Positions 38,065 to 46,879 of a DNA stretch of 64,000 nucleotides are shown here, piece by piece (position 1 is the stretch's first letter; every line of letters begins with the position of its first letter). Both the position numbers and the translations under genes were made by a program. The stretch lies in IMG/VR virus record IMGVR_UViG_3300034072_001021, positions 1 to 64,000 of that record; one strand, 5' to 3'. Below the pieces are notes generated by a model. That model did no database searches and had not been told where the DNA came from. It saw only the letters and a program-made list of their open reading frames with translations.

Positions 38065-38394
38065 ATGACCGAAGGTGTTGTGAAATGGCTTCACAACCCC
38101 ACCTCCAGACGTGGAAAGCGTCTGGAGGACGTAGGTCCTGGGTGTTTTGTGCTTGAGCATGATGCAACAGGGCGTTTCTACGTAGGGGAAAGTAACAATG
38201 TAAGTGCCGAGGTGGACAAACAGTTAGCTCAACTGGCTAAAGGGAGTCATCCTTGCAAACTTCTTAACCGACTTTACGAGCGTGATGACATTATCAGGGT
38301 GTTTGAATACCCGACCAAGTCAATGAAAGAGCGAAAAACGCTCATGAAGTCGATCATCGCAGCCGCAAATACACCTTACCTCTATCTCAAGTGA
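38065..38394 (+). CDS. stand-alone GIY-YIG-like domain protein, probably inactive
   Basis: GCFVLEHDATGRFYVGES...L..G.H...LL..LY; lacks the catalytic Arg/Glu equivalents and any DNA-binding tail. Confidence 0.6.
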   Translation: MTEGVVKWLHNPTSRRGKRLEDVGPGCFVLEHDATGRFYVGESNNVSAEVDKQLAQLAKGSHPCKLLNRLYERDDIIRVFEYPTKSMKERKTLMKSIIAAANTPYLYLK

Positions 38395-38400
38395 GAAAAC

Positions 38401-38859
38401 ATGAACTACGAGAACATTTTCAGTGGTTTCTTCTGGGCAGTCTACAATGAACTGTTGCCGAACACCAAGCGCATTCACGTGATGATTCGTTCCAGTGACG
38501 ATTTCGTCCTGCGCAACCCGTTTGTTGTCCCGTATCTCACGAAAAGTGATAACGGCAACTTCCTGGTGATCAATCTGTCTCACGAAGCGACCAAATCCCT
38601 TCGTGTAGAAGACGGTTTCATGTACGTGGAACTGTCCTTCTCGAAAATCATGCGTTCGATGAAGATCGACCTGTTCGAAATCGAACAAATGGGCGATCCT
38701 GACACCAACAACTACATCGATTTCAACTGTCTGATGGCACTGACTCCGAATGGTTACGCTATTTTGAGCGCGCTGCCGAAACACATGCGCCAGGGCCAGA
38801 ATCAAGAACAGAAAGTCGGTGAAAAACGCAGCCGAGCACACCTCACCGTCGTCAAATAA
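38401..38859 (+). CDS. SspB-like ClpXP adaptor with an XB-type tail
   Basis: FLVINLSHEATKSLRVEDGFMYVELSFS matches the SspB core; C-terminus RAHLTVVK resembles the SspB ClpX-binding RP.LRVVK. Confidence 0.72.
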   Translation: MNYENIFSGFFWAVYNELLPNTKRIHVMIRSSDDFVLRNPFVVPYLTKSDNGNFLVINLSHEATKSLRVEDGFMYVELSFSKIMRSMKIDLFEIEQMGDPDTNNYIDFNCLMALTPNGYAILSALPKHMRQGQNQEQKVGEKRSRAHLTVVK

Positions 38860-38868
38860 GGAGATGAC

Positions 38869-39354
38869 ATGATTCGTCAGTGCGTGTTGGATATGTTCGA
38901 GCCTAATTCTCCTCATGCATTCGATGATCAGGCGGAAGTTATGCTTCCGCTTGACTCTGTTGAGGGTATGGGTGAGGAAGAAATCAAGAAACTCATTAAG
39001 AACGACGTACTTCCCATCTTTGTCGAGTGGCCAGTGCGTAATTTCCCGAAGCCAGTCACCTGGTATGGCAACGGAAAGCTATATGGAGTGATCATTGACC
39101 TGTATCGTCACCTCAAACCCAAGCAGATTGGCGTCTTCGGTGTACACGGTGTTGTAAAAGTAAACGGATCGTACAAATTACATGGCACGATCCACTATTA
39201 CGGCGGTCGACTACTTGACCCAAACCGAATCAGTACCATGAGGGCAGTTCTGATGAGCTGCAGTCTTGGCTTCGAGGAGCATCCGGATGATCGTGTACCG
39301 ATGATGTTCCATAAAGTGATCGCAACCCCTATCGAACAAACAATCGGACATTGA
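38869..39354 (+). CDS. hypothetical protein
   Basis: AGGAG SD, 161 aa. Confidence 0.7.
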   Translation: MIRQCVLDMFEPNSPHAFDDQAEVMLPLDSVEGMGEEEIKKLIKNDVLPIFVEWPVRNFPKPVTWYGNGKLYGVIIDLYRHLKPKQIGVFGVHGVVKVNGSYKLHGTIHYYGGRLLDPNRISTMRAVLMSCSLGFEEHPDDRVPMMFHKVIATPIEQTIGH

Positions 39355-39373
39355 TCCGGTTGTCCCGGAGCGC

Positions 39374-41359
39374 ATGATGCGAGAAGAAATCAAGAAGTTG
39401 CGGGCGGAGTTGCTGAGACTCAATGACCTGTACTACAACAAAGGCGAGTCTGACGTGGAGGACGCTGTATACGACTCCATGAAGAAACGTCTGCTTGAGC
39501 TGGAAGGGGAAAGTGACGATCCCCTATCCCCTCTGAACCGAGTGGGCGCTCCCTCGGACGGGGGTTTCGCCAAAGTGACTCACAAGTCACCCATGCTCAG
39601 TCTCATGAACCTCTACAACGAGAGTGAGGTGATTGAATGGGTGGCTAATATCGGCTTTCCTTATCAAGCTCGGCTGGAACATAAACTTGATGGTGCTAGC
39701 CTCAGTCTCCTATATCACAAAGGCAAGCTGATCAGTGCAGCCACTCGTGGTGATGGTGAAGTTGGTGATGATATTACCGACAACGCAATCTTCTTCGAGG
39801 GTGTTCCGACAGAAGTTCCTTCGTTTGACTTCTTCATCGAAGTCCGTGGTGAAGTGATCTGCCCACACCATCACTTTAAAGTGGCGTGTGAACGCCGCCT
39901 AGTAGCAGGTAAGACCGTTTACGCCAATCCACGTAACATGGTAGCGGGTCTCATGCGTAAGAAGGAAGGCGGTGCTCTACAGGGCCTTGGTCTTCGTTTC
40001 ATCGCGTATGACATTGTGGTGCATGGCGGTGATCGTCCTGCTTCTGTTCCGTACGATTACATCAGTGAGGAGTTTGCAGCCTGTTTCAACTTTGTTGAGA
40101 GTGTCTGGGAAGGCGGTCTCGATGCAGACAAGATCATGGACGCTATCAATGAACTGACCAAGGTACGTGATCAACTCGACTACGATATCGATGGTGCGGT
40201 TCTGAAGATCTCTGATGTCGATGTCCGTATGGATCTGGGCAGTCGTTCCACATCCCCTCGTTGGGCTGCTGCTTATAAGTTCGAGGCTCAAACAGCCACA
40301 TCGATCCTTGAGCGTATTGAAGTCCAGGTAGGTCGTACTGGTGTACTTACCCCGGTTGCCAAGATCAAACCGATCAAGCTATGCGGCGTAACCATCAGTA
40401 GTGTGACCCTGCACAACTTCGATGAGATCGAACGCCTGGATCTCCATATCGGCGATACGGTCATCGTTTCTCGTCGTGGTGACGTCATCCCGAAGATCGA
40501 AGGTGTCGTCAAGAACCTGCGTGTCGATGAACACGGGATTGTCCGTGTACCGACCGAATGCCCATGTTGCGGTGGTGTAGTCGGGAAGATTGGTGAAGGT
40601 GTCGAATTATATTGCACCAATAAAACCAGTTGTCCTGCGCAAGTCATCAACAAGATGGTTTACTTCGTTAGCCGTGACGGCATCGATGTGAAACACCTTG
40701 GCCCAGCTGCGGTAGAGTCATTGATCGTGACTGGTGTGTTGGGTTCATTCAGTAGTCTCTTCTATCTGTCGGATGCTGACTTCTACGCTGCCGGCGTCGG
40801 CGAAGCCATGACCGATAAGATCCTGGCTAGCATTGAGTCGTGCAAGAAGCTCCCGTTCTATAAGGTGCTTCGGGCTGTCGGTCTGACGGATATCGGTGAT
40901 GTCACAGCTCGTGCTCTGGCAGAACGCTTCCCGTCGTTCGATAAGCTGTTCAGTGCCAGTGAGAAAGAACTGCTTGAGATTCCTGACGTAGGGCCTGCGG
41001 TAGTGGCGAGCATCATGACTCGTGATGACCTGATGGAAGGTGATCTTCTGGGTCTCGACAAGCTCATCACTTACACCGATGAAGTCATCGAGAAGGCTGA
41101 AGTCCAAGACCTTCAAGGTAAGCGGGTCGTAGTGACCGGTTCCAACTTTGAGGGTAAGTCGCGCAAGGCGATGGAAAAGGAAGTCATCTCTCGTGGCGGT
41201 AAGCTGACATCGTCCGTTAGCAAGAATACCGACTTTATCTATGTAGGGGACGGGGCTGGTCCTGACAAGATCAAGACCGCCAAAGAACTCAACTTCTGGG
41301 AAGATGGGATTCGTCTCGTAAACCCGAACACCATCACTCGTTTAGAAACCAAGGAGTAA
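39374..41359 (+). CDS. ligA: NAD-dependent DNA ligase
   Basis: HKSPMLSL, EHKLDG adenylation motif, TRGDG.VG.DIT, EVRGE, NPRN..AG, DGAV.K, PRWA.AYKF, VGRTG..TP, CP.C...C....C Zn finger, HhH repeats, BRCT. Confidence 0.97.
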   Translation: MMREEIKKLRAELLRLNDLYYNKGESDVEDAVYDSMKKRLLELEGESDDPLSPLNRVGAPSDGGFAKVTHKSPMLSLMNLYNESEVIEWVANIGFPYQARLEHKLDGASLSLLYHKGKLISAATRGDGEVGDDITDNAIFFEGVPTEVPSFDFFIEVRGEVICPHHHFKVACERRLVAGKTVYANPRNMVAGLMRKKEGGALQGLGLRFIAYDIVVHGGDRPASVPYDYISEEFAACFNFVESVWEGGLDADKIMDAINELTKVRDQLDYDIDGAVLKISDVDVRMDLGSRSTSPRWAAAYKFEAQTATSILERIEVQVGRTGVLTPVAKIKPIKLCGVTISSVTLHNFDEIERLDLHIGDTVIVSRRGDVIPKIEGVVKNLRVDEHGIVRVPTECPCCGGVVGKIGEGVELYCTNKTSCPAQVINKMVYFVSRDGIDVKHLGPAAVESLIVTGVLGSFSSLFYLSDADFYAAGVGEAMTDKILASIESCKKLPFYKVLRAVGLTDIGDVTARALAERFPSFDKLFSASEKELLEIPDVGPAVVASIMTRDDLMEGDLLGLDKLITYTDEVIEKAEVQDLQGKRVVVTGSNFEGKSRKAMEKEVISRGGKLTSSVSKNTDFIYVGDGAGPDKIKTAKELNFWEDGIRLVNPNTITRLETKE

Positions 41360-41361
41360 CC

Positions 41362-41811
41362 ATGAGTACCGAGCTTGTCAAGCTTGAACAACCCACTGAC
41401 GTGGAACAGGTCGTTTCCAAGGCACTGGATGTCGGCGCTGCTCTGGGCTGGGGTGTCCAGTCCATGACGCGTGACACCGTCAGTGCCATGGTGCTGCTGG
41501 CCAGCTCGCGTAGCGAACACTACCGTTACGCGATTGCTGTGTCTCCGGACATCGCCCAGTACATGATGGATCTGCCTCCGGGTGCTACCACTTCGCGCGA
41601 GCACATCATCCAGACTGCCAATCCGACCGGTTCTCTGATCGGTCAGTTTGACATGATGGATCTACATGCCATCCAGGAAGAGAATGGCGAGAGCTACATC
41701 GCTCTCCTCATCCTCGACGACAACCGTAAAGTGGACAGCTACATCATCTCTCGACTGCGTCGGGCAGAAGATCACGTAGTCCACAACATCATCAAACGTA
41801 AGGACGTGTAA
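41362..41811 (+). CDS. hypothetical protein
   Basis: AGGAG SD, strong codon bias. Confidence 0.8.
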   Translation: MSTELVKLEQPTDVEQVVSKALDVGAALGWGVQSMTRDTVSAMVLLASSRSEHYRYAIAVSPDIAQYMMDLPPGATTSREHIIQTANPTGSLIGQFDMMDLHAIQEENGESYIALLILDDNRKVDSYIISRLRRAEDHVVHNIIKRKDV

Positions 41812-42359
41812 TGAAAGCACTGATCGAGCACCTGCGTCAGAAACTCAACGATGCCTGCAAAGCCAACGAAGATCTGTCTCTGACAGTCCATGGCAAACCA
41901 GGTCAAGGCAACGTCCGCATGACGGTGCACTACATGCGCGACAACCTGGTCTGCGCGATGCTCTATCGTGCCGATCTGCGTAAGGCAGAAGAGACGTCCG
42001 GTGAGAAGGTGGACATGTACCTGAGCCTGTTGCCTCACGGTAACCAGCCCTGGACTGAAGTTCCCAAGAAGGAACTCACCCACCTCAACAAGATCCCGGC
42101 CATCGTCGGCCGTGCGCCGGAGACCACCCTTCCAGAATCCATGGAAGTGGCCCAGGTACTGCTCAATGCGCTCGAAGACTTCGAGCGTAAGCACGCCTAC
42201 ATCCGTCAATGGCGTGCAGCCAATGGCGGTACCGGTGTCGAGATCATTTTCGTCTGTGAAGAAGACGGCAAGCGTCATGTGTTCGAACTGGCAGTGAACT
42301 TCTACTTCAAAGCCAACACCGACGCCATCGCCGAGCTAATCAAGAACAAACAGCAATAA
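41811..42359 (+). CDS. hypothetical protein
   Basis: TAATG coupling, strong codon bias. Confidence 0.8.
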   Translation: MKALIEHLRQKLNDACKANEDLSLTVHGKPGQGNVRMTVHYMRDNLVCAMLYRADLRKAEETSGEKVDMYLSLLPHGNQPWTEVPKKELTHLNKIPAIVGRAPETTLPESMEVAQVLLNALEDFERKHAYIRQWRAANGGTGVEIIFVCEEDGKRHVFELAVNFYFKANTDAIAELIKNKQQ

Positions 42360-42371
42360 GGAAAAGAACCC

Positions 42372-42890
42372 ATGAAGCTTTCTCTGATCTACGCGCAGCT
42401 GGATAACGGCTCGCTTGGTTACGCCGGCCCCGAGCCGATGGCCTGGAACATCCCCGAGGATCTCCAGCACTTCAAAGCACTGACTATGGGCAAGGCATTG
42501 CTCATGGGTTCGAACACCTTCGATTCGCTGCCGCGTCTGCTGCCTGGACGTTTCCATTTCGTGCTGACCAAACGTAAAGGTCTGCATCGACTGGGGCGGT
42601 TGGATCAAGTGCAGTTTGTCCCGTCGATTGATGAAGCCATTCGACTGGCTGAAGAGGTCGGTTTTGACGAGCTGGTCGGTATCGGCGGTGCTGACGTAGC
42701 CAGTCAGATGGTCGGTCGAGTAGAAGTTGTTCATCGTACCGTTATTCGTGGTGTGGTGCTGACCGAGAAAAAGATGCAAATCTCTGCTCCAGATCTCGAA
42801 GCATACGACTTCGATATGGTCGAACAGTACGCGGCCGAGACCCAAGGTGTGTGGTTCCAGACCTGGGTCAAGAAGGCTGAAGAAGAATGA
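42372..42890 (+). CDS. folA: dihydrofolate reductase
   Basis: MAWNIPEDLQHFKALTMGKALLMGSNTFDSLPRLLPGR, GIGGA. Confidence 0.92.
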   Translation: MKLSLIYAQLDNGSLGYAGPEPMAWNIPEDLQHFKALTMGKALLMGSNTFDSLPRLLPGRFHFVLTKRKGLHRLGRLDQVQFVPSIDEAIRLAEEVGFDELVGIGGADVASQMVGRVEVVHRTVIRGVVLTEKKMQISAPDLEAYDFDMVEQYAAETQGVWFQTWVKKAEEE

Positions 42891-43219
42891 GCATCTCCTC
42901 TATCTTCTTGGCGACCACTCTCACTGCCAGCAGTCCGGTCTTCGTGATGACTGAGCCTCATTGCGAAATGCTGTCGAAACATGCCGACATGGCAATGACC
43001 ATGAAAGGTAACGGCGAGACCTATCAAGACTTCGTAAGGGGTCTCATGGAAGGCTATCGTTACTCTAGTGGTGAATCTGTGTTGATCATGGATCACATTT
43101 TGCCGTACTCGCTCGAGGTCGGTTACGAGTATTTCCACAGCCCCTTCGATCCGAACACCCCTTATTCGAGGGTTGTTTACGAGCGTTGCATGGACAACGT
43201 GGGTACTCCGTCGAAATAA
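42887..43219 (+). CDS. putative exported protein
   Basis: Signal-like N-terminus MSISSIFLATTLTASS. Confidence 0.65.
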   Translation: MSISSIFLATTLTASSPVFVMTEPHCEMLSKHADMAMTMKGNGETYQDFVRGLMEGYRYSSGESVLIMDHILPYSLEVGYEYFHSPFDPNTPYSRVVYERCMDNVGTPSK

Positions 43220-43220
43220 G

Positions 43221-43250
43221 GATAGGGGCTTCGGCCCCTATCTTTTTATT
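43221..43250 (+). terminator. intrinsic terminator
   Basis: GATAGGGGC-TTCG-GCCCCTATC, then TTTTTATTTT. Confidence 0.88.
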
Positions 43251-43306
43251 TTTGCCCATTTTATGAACTTGCTTTTCACTTTTCCCTAGAATCATGGAAT
43301 TCCGTC

Positions 43307-44494
43307 ATGGGCAAAATCGCCGAACTCAGCGCCAAGCTACAGGCACTGCTGACAAAGATTCACACAGCAGTAAGCGGTAAGCTTGATGCCACTGCTACCG
43401 CAGTCAATTCGGATAAACTCGAAGGTAAGTCCCTGAGTGAAGTCCGTACACTTTCCTCGTCCGATGCTGTTACCCAAGTGGCATTGGATGATGCTCCGCG
43501 TAAAGGTCTGCGCGGAGAAATCGCCTACTTCGATCAAGACAACTCCCCGATGGCTATCAAAGGTATGCCGTTACTTAAGACGGTAAGCCTTGTGGCCAGT
43601 GATGCGGATCTCACTACTGCCAAAGCGGCAACAGTACCGTTTTCCGAGATCTTCAATAAATGGCGTCGTATCAGTCATTCGACTACCGGTATCTTCCCTG
43701 CCAGTGAAGGTGAACTTTCGGGCTGGTCCTATGATGCCGGCACTGACACGGTAAGTTCTACAATCAACAGCGGTACTGTGATTGGTCTTATCAGTAATGA
43801 TCGGTTTGAAGAGTACGTTTTTGAAACGATCATCAAATCGAACAATGCTGATAACGATGGTGTCGGTTTCTGCCTCGCGTTCAGCAAGGTAGGTGATCGA
43901 GAATACACGTTTATCGCCATGATCGATAGTGGCGGGCTTGCCAGTGACGCTAGCATTCCTAACGGTGATGTGCCGAAGTTGGTCATTGCTGTCAACTATG
44001 GCCAAGGCCCTGCGTGGGGTCACCAGGTCATCGCTCAATTGCCGTTTGGTTTTGTGGGTCAGGGCTGGACTGGTGTAGATTTTGCAGCTGGTATTAAGCT
44101 CAACGCAAAACGACTGAACACAGGTATGTTTGAAATCACCTGCACTCGCGCAGACGGCTCTCCACTGCCGACTCCAGTATACTGGACAGGCAACATTCCT
44201 GAACAGTTTGCAGGGCCGTGTGCCATCGGTTTGGTTGCCTATTCGCAACCCGGCGCAAGCTGGGAAATCGACCAAATGCCGACCATCAAACGCGATGTCA
44301 TCGATACGCGCACGATGGATGTCCATCGCTGGAATGGTACTGCATGGGCCGTAGCTGGTAAGCTCACTGACCTAGACGTCATGATGCCAGGTCGTATTTA
44401 CAAGAATACGTTCGCGGCACCATACCTGTCATTCTACCTTGACCACGATGGTTCGACCTACGTCCTTGGTGGTCCAGGTCAGATCGGGCTATAA
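43307..44494 (+). CDS. putative tail/virion protein with a fibre-type N-terminal anchor
   Basis: N-terminus ...SGKLDATATAVNSDKL matches the N-termini of both fibres; beta-sandwich core; TATG at 43262. Confidence 0.6.
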   Translation: MGKIAELSAKLQALLTKIHTAVSGKLDATATAVNSDKLEGKSLSEVRTLSSSDAVTQVALDDAPRKGLRGEIAYFDQDNSPMAIKGMPLLKTVSLVASDADLTTAKAATVPFSEIFNKWRRISHSTTGIFPASEGELSGWSYDAGTDTVSSTINSGTVIGLISNDRFEEYVFETIIKSNNADNDGVGFCLAFSKVGDREYTFIAMIDSGGLASDASIPNGDVPKLVIAVNYGQGPAWGHQVIAQLPFGFVGQGWTGVDFAAGIKLNAKRLNTGMFEITCTRADGSPLPTPVYWTGNIPEQFAGPCAIGLVAYSQPGASWEIDQMPTIKRDVIDTRTMDVHRWNGTAWAVAGKLTDLDVMMPGRIYKNTFAAPYLSFYLDHDGSTYVLGGPGQIGL

Positions 44495-44495
44495 A

Positions 44496-44517
44496 TGGAG
44501 GGGCATTGCCCCTCCAA
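44496..44517 (+). terminator. stem-loop
   Basis: TGGAGGGGC-ATT-GCCCCTCCA. Confidence 0.6.
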
Positions 44518-44534
44518 TCAACTTTAATCCAACC

Positions 44535-44543
44535 ATACATTAT
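44535..44543 (+). promoter_or_regulatory. putative promoter motif ATACATTAT
   Basis: Follows a terminator and precedes the 44588 ORF. Confidence 0.5.
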
Positions 44544-44587
44544 CGGAGTGTCTATCCGATAAGGGAGACATATAAGGACCCCCTGAG

Positions 44588-45064
44588 ATGCCTGCAGGAA
44601 AGTATGTAATGCCGATCGTCATGGGTGAAGCTTCGAGAGAAGTATTCCTCATTCAAGGTGAGATGGCTAAATCTGAAGAAGTCTTCCTGCTTCGTCACGT
44701 GAAGACTCGAGCAGTTCTGCCCAAAGATGAGCGCCACATCACTCGTCTTCTGGAGAATAATCGTCGAGCTGAACGACCGGTAAGGATCATGGAGCTGGAG
44801 ATCATCTGCGATGCCAATAAAGGGTCAATAGAACCCCATGAGGCATGCTTGATTCACGGCTACATCACGAATTTACTTCCGGGTGCTTTCAAGGCACCTG
44901 AGCTGAATGACTGGTTCATTCTCGAGAAGCCTAGTGAACTGACCTCTTTGAAGATGGCTAGGTTCGCAATCAATCTTCTGGATTCTGCTTCTCGCGCTCG
45001 TCTGCTTTCGTTTCTGCACAGTCGGAACAAGACAGACGCTTCCAAGTACGGCAAGTACAAGTGA
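44588..45064 (+). CDS. hypothetical protein
   Basis: 158-aa ORF between a promoter motif and a hairpin. Confidence 0.65.
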   Translation: MPAGKYVMPIVMGEASREVFLIQGEMAKSEEVFLLRHVKTRAVLPKDERHITRLLENNRRAERPVRIMELEIICDANKGSIEPHEACLIHGYITNLLPGAFKAPELNDWFILEKPSELTSLKMARFAINLLDSASRARLLSFLHSRNKTDASKYGKYK

Positions 45065-45067
45065 ATA

Positions 45068-45101
45068 CATGGGGCAGGGCCAACGCCCTGCCCCTATGCC
45101 G
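45068..45101 (+). terminator. conserved-arm stem-loop
   Basis: CAT-GGGGCAGGGC-CAAC-GCCCTGCCCC-TATGCCG. Confidence 0.7.
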
Positions 45102-45153
45102 CATGTCAAAAGAAAAATAACCATCCGAACTATGACCAACTGGAGTCTTAGCT

Positions 45154-46164
45154 ATGACTGATATTTTCAAGAAAGGTAATGTCCTCAACATCCTTTTCAA
45201 TAAGCATGCTGATTTATCACCTACCCGTGTCCAAGCCAGACACGATGTACTGGTAGAGTTCATGCGTGATTGCTTCCCACTTGAGAATATCGTGGAAGAA
45301 GACATCACCATCGTAGAAGATGGTATTTGTCTGCGCGGTGCCGAAGTGGCCAAGTTCACCGTCACCTACGAGCCGGTCGATCAGATCAAACTCTCCAACC
45401 TGTGCGAAGAGATGTCCCCTCCACCGATTCCCCAAGACATCCTGACAGGTCAGCAGTGGATAGAGTTGCTGCGAGATCTGTTGCGTGACGGTCACATTAC
45501 TGAAGCTCGTCTGCACCTCGATAATCTTCCTCCCGTAATGAAGGATATCGTTAAGGTCGGCGATACACACGTCATCGTACCGAACGCCGATAACGTCACT
45601 GAAGAGATGCTGGATGCTCCTCGTGGCGTCATGTTGTACACCGACGTAATGAATGACCATAACGCCGAGCATGTCCGCAAGATGCTCTTGGCCGACGTTC
45701 ATTACGCCAAGTATCTGCCCGAGTGGTTCCTGAAAATGGAAGGCCATATGACCAAGGCAGATCGTCTGCACTTGATTTATGCCCTCACGCTGGCTGGCTA
45801 CAGTGATCCCGAACCGCCTTACGTACCGAAAGCACGTGCGAAGAAACCAGACCCACAGAAGTTTTCCTTGAAGATCTATCTCGAGGGCAATCCACTGTTC
45901 CTGGACATCTCTCGCGAATACGAGCCGCGTTTTTCGCTCAAGGATCTGGAAGGCATCGACCTAAAGATCAATCGTCACCAGCTTCCCGAGCAATGGAAAG
46001 CGTTGTTCCGTAAGCAGGCCATTGACCTGAGTCTCGTTCTGAAGAAAGAGAACGGTCAGTACAAGATCACCAACTCCAAGGTACGTCTGGGTCTGAAAGA
46101 ACAGTACGTCGACAAAGTACGCTTTGAACTTACGGATGGTTCTGATGGCACTCGGTCTGCGTAA
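45154..46164 (+). CDS. hypothetical protein
   Basis: GGAG SD, 336 aa. Confidence 0.8.
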   Translation: MTDIFKKGNVLNILFNKHADLSPTRVQARHDVLVEFMRDCFPLENIVEEDITIVEDGICLRGAEVAKFTVTYEPVDQIKLSNLCEEMSPPPIPQDILTGQQWIELLRDLLRDGHITEARLHLDNLPPVMKDIVKVGDTHVIVPNADNVTEEMLDAPRGVMLYTDVMNDHNAEHVRKMLLADVHYAKYLPEWFLKMEGHMTKADRLHLIYALTLAGYSDPEPPYVPKARAKKPDPQKFSLKIYLEGNPLFLDISREYEPRFSLKDLEGIDLKINRHQLPEQWKALFRKQAIDLSLVLKKENGQYKITNSKVRLGLKEQYVDKVRFELTDGSDGTRSA

Positions 46165-46169
46165 AGGAG

Positions 46170-46574
46170 ATGACGATGAACCATCCTAACGTAGGCGTCG
46201 CAGTCATTCTTCAACGAGCTGATTGCATCCTGCTAGGTCGTCGAAAATCCGATCATGGTAAGGGCACTTATTCGGTTCCGGGTGGTCATCTGGAAATGGG
46301 AGAAGAACCCTACGACGCAGCAGTTCGTGAGCTGGCTGAAGAAACCGGCATTACAGTTGATGAGTTGGAATTCATCGGTTTCACCAACGATGTGTTCAGT
46401 CGGGAGAAGCACTACATTACGCTTTTCTTCACGACGCACTGTGATAAAGAGCCTGTCAATCAGGAACCCGAGAAGTGTGAAGGTTGGGAGTGGCACAGTC
46501 TGATGAATCTTCCCGAAGATCTGTTCCTCCCACTGCAAAACTACTTCACTGGTAAAGGTCATTTCCATCGCTAG
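46170..46574 (+). CDS. Nudix hydrolase (MutT/NUDT15-like)
   Basis: VGVAVI...ILLGRRK..HG.G.YSVPGGHLEMGE....AAVRELAEETG Nudix box; NQEPEKCEGWEW. Confidence 0.9.
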   Translation: MTMNHPNVGVAVILQRADCILLGRRKSDHGKGTYSVPGGHLEMGEEPYDAAVRELAEETGITVDELEFIGFTNDVFSREKHYITLFFTTHCDKEPVNQEPEKCEGWEWHSLMNLPEDLFLPLQNYFTGKGHFHR

Positions 46575-46582
46575 GAGCGGTC

Positions 46583-46855
46583 ATGTGTATTCGCCTCGGT
46601 AAGAAGCACTCGCAATACGTTGGTTCCGATGGACTCGAACGTCTGAAACGGGATAAGACCATCCGCAATCCCAAGCGCCGACTCTGGGATACCTACAAGG
46701 TACAGATCCTTCTGGCATCGACCAGTCTGCGTGACGTACTGTGGAACCCTCAGTGCAACAATCCTGAGGGAATCTCCAAACGCCTCAAGCCCAGCAAAGC
46801 TGCGTTCTACGCCAAGCTGGATAAGTATCAGAGCCGCGCTGATACTGGCCGTTAA
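46583..46855 (+). CDS. basic hypothetical protein
   Basis: AGGAG SD, 90 aa. Confidence 0.7.
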   Translation: MCIRLGKKHSQYVGSDGLERLKRDKTIRNPKRRLWDTYKVQILLASTSLRDVLWNPQCNNPEGISKRLKPSKAAFYAKLDKYQSRADTGR

Positions 46856-46879
46856 CAATTTATAACCAAGGAGCAAACC

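Noticed and set aside
39374-41359. Possible intein or intron in DNA ligase
   Set aside because: Length (661 aa) and motif order are canonical; no insertion is seen.
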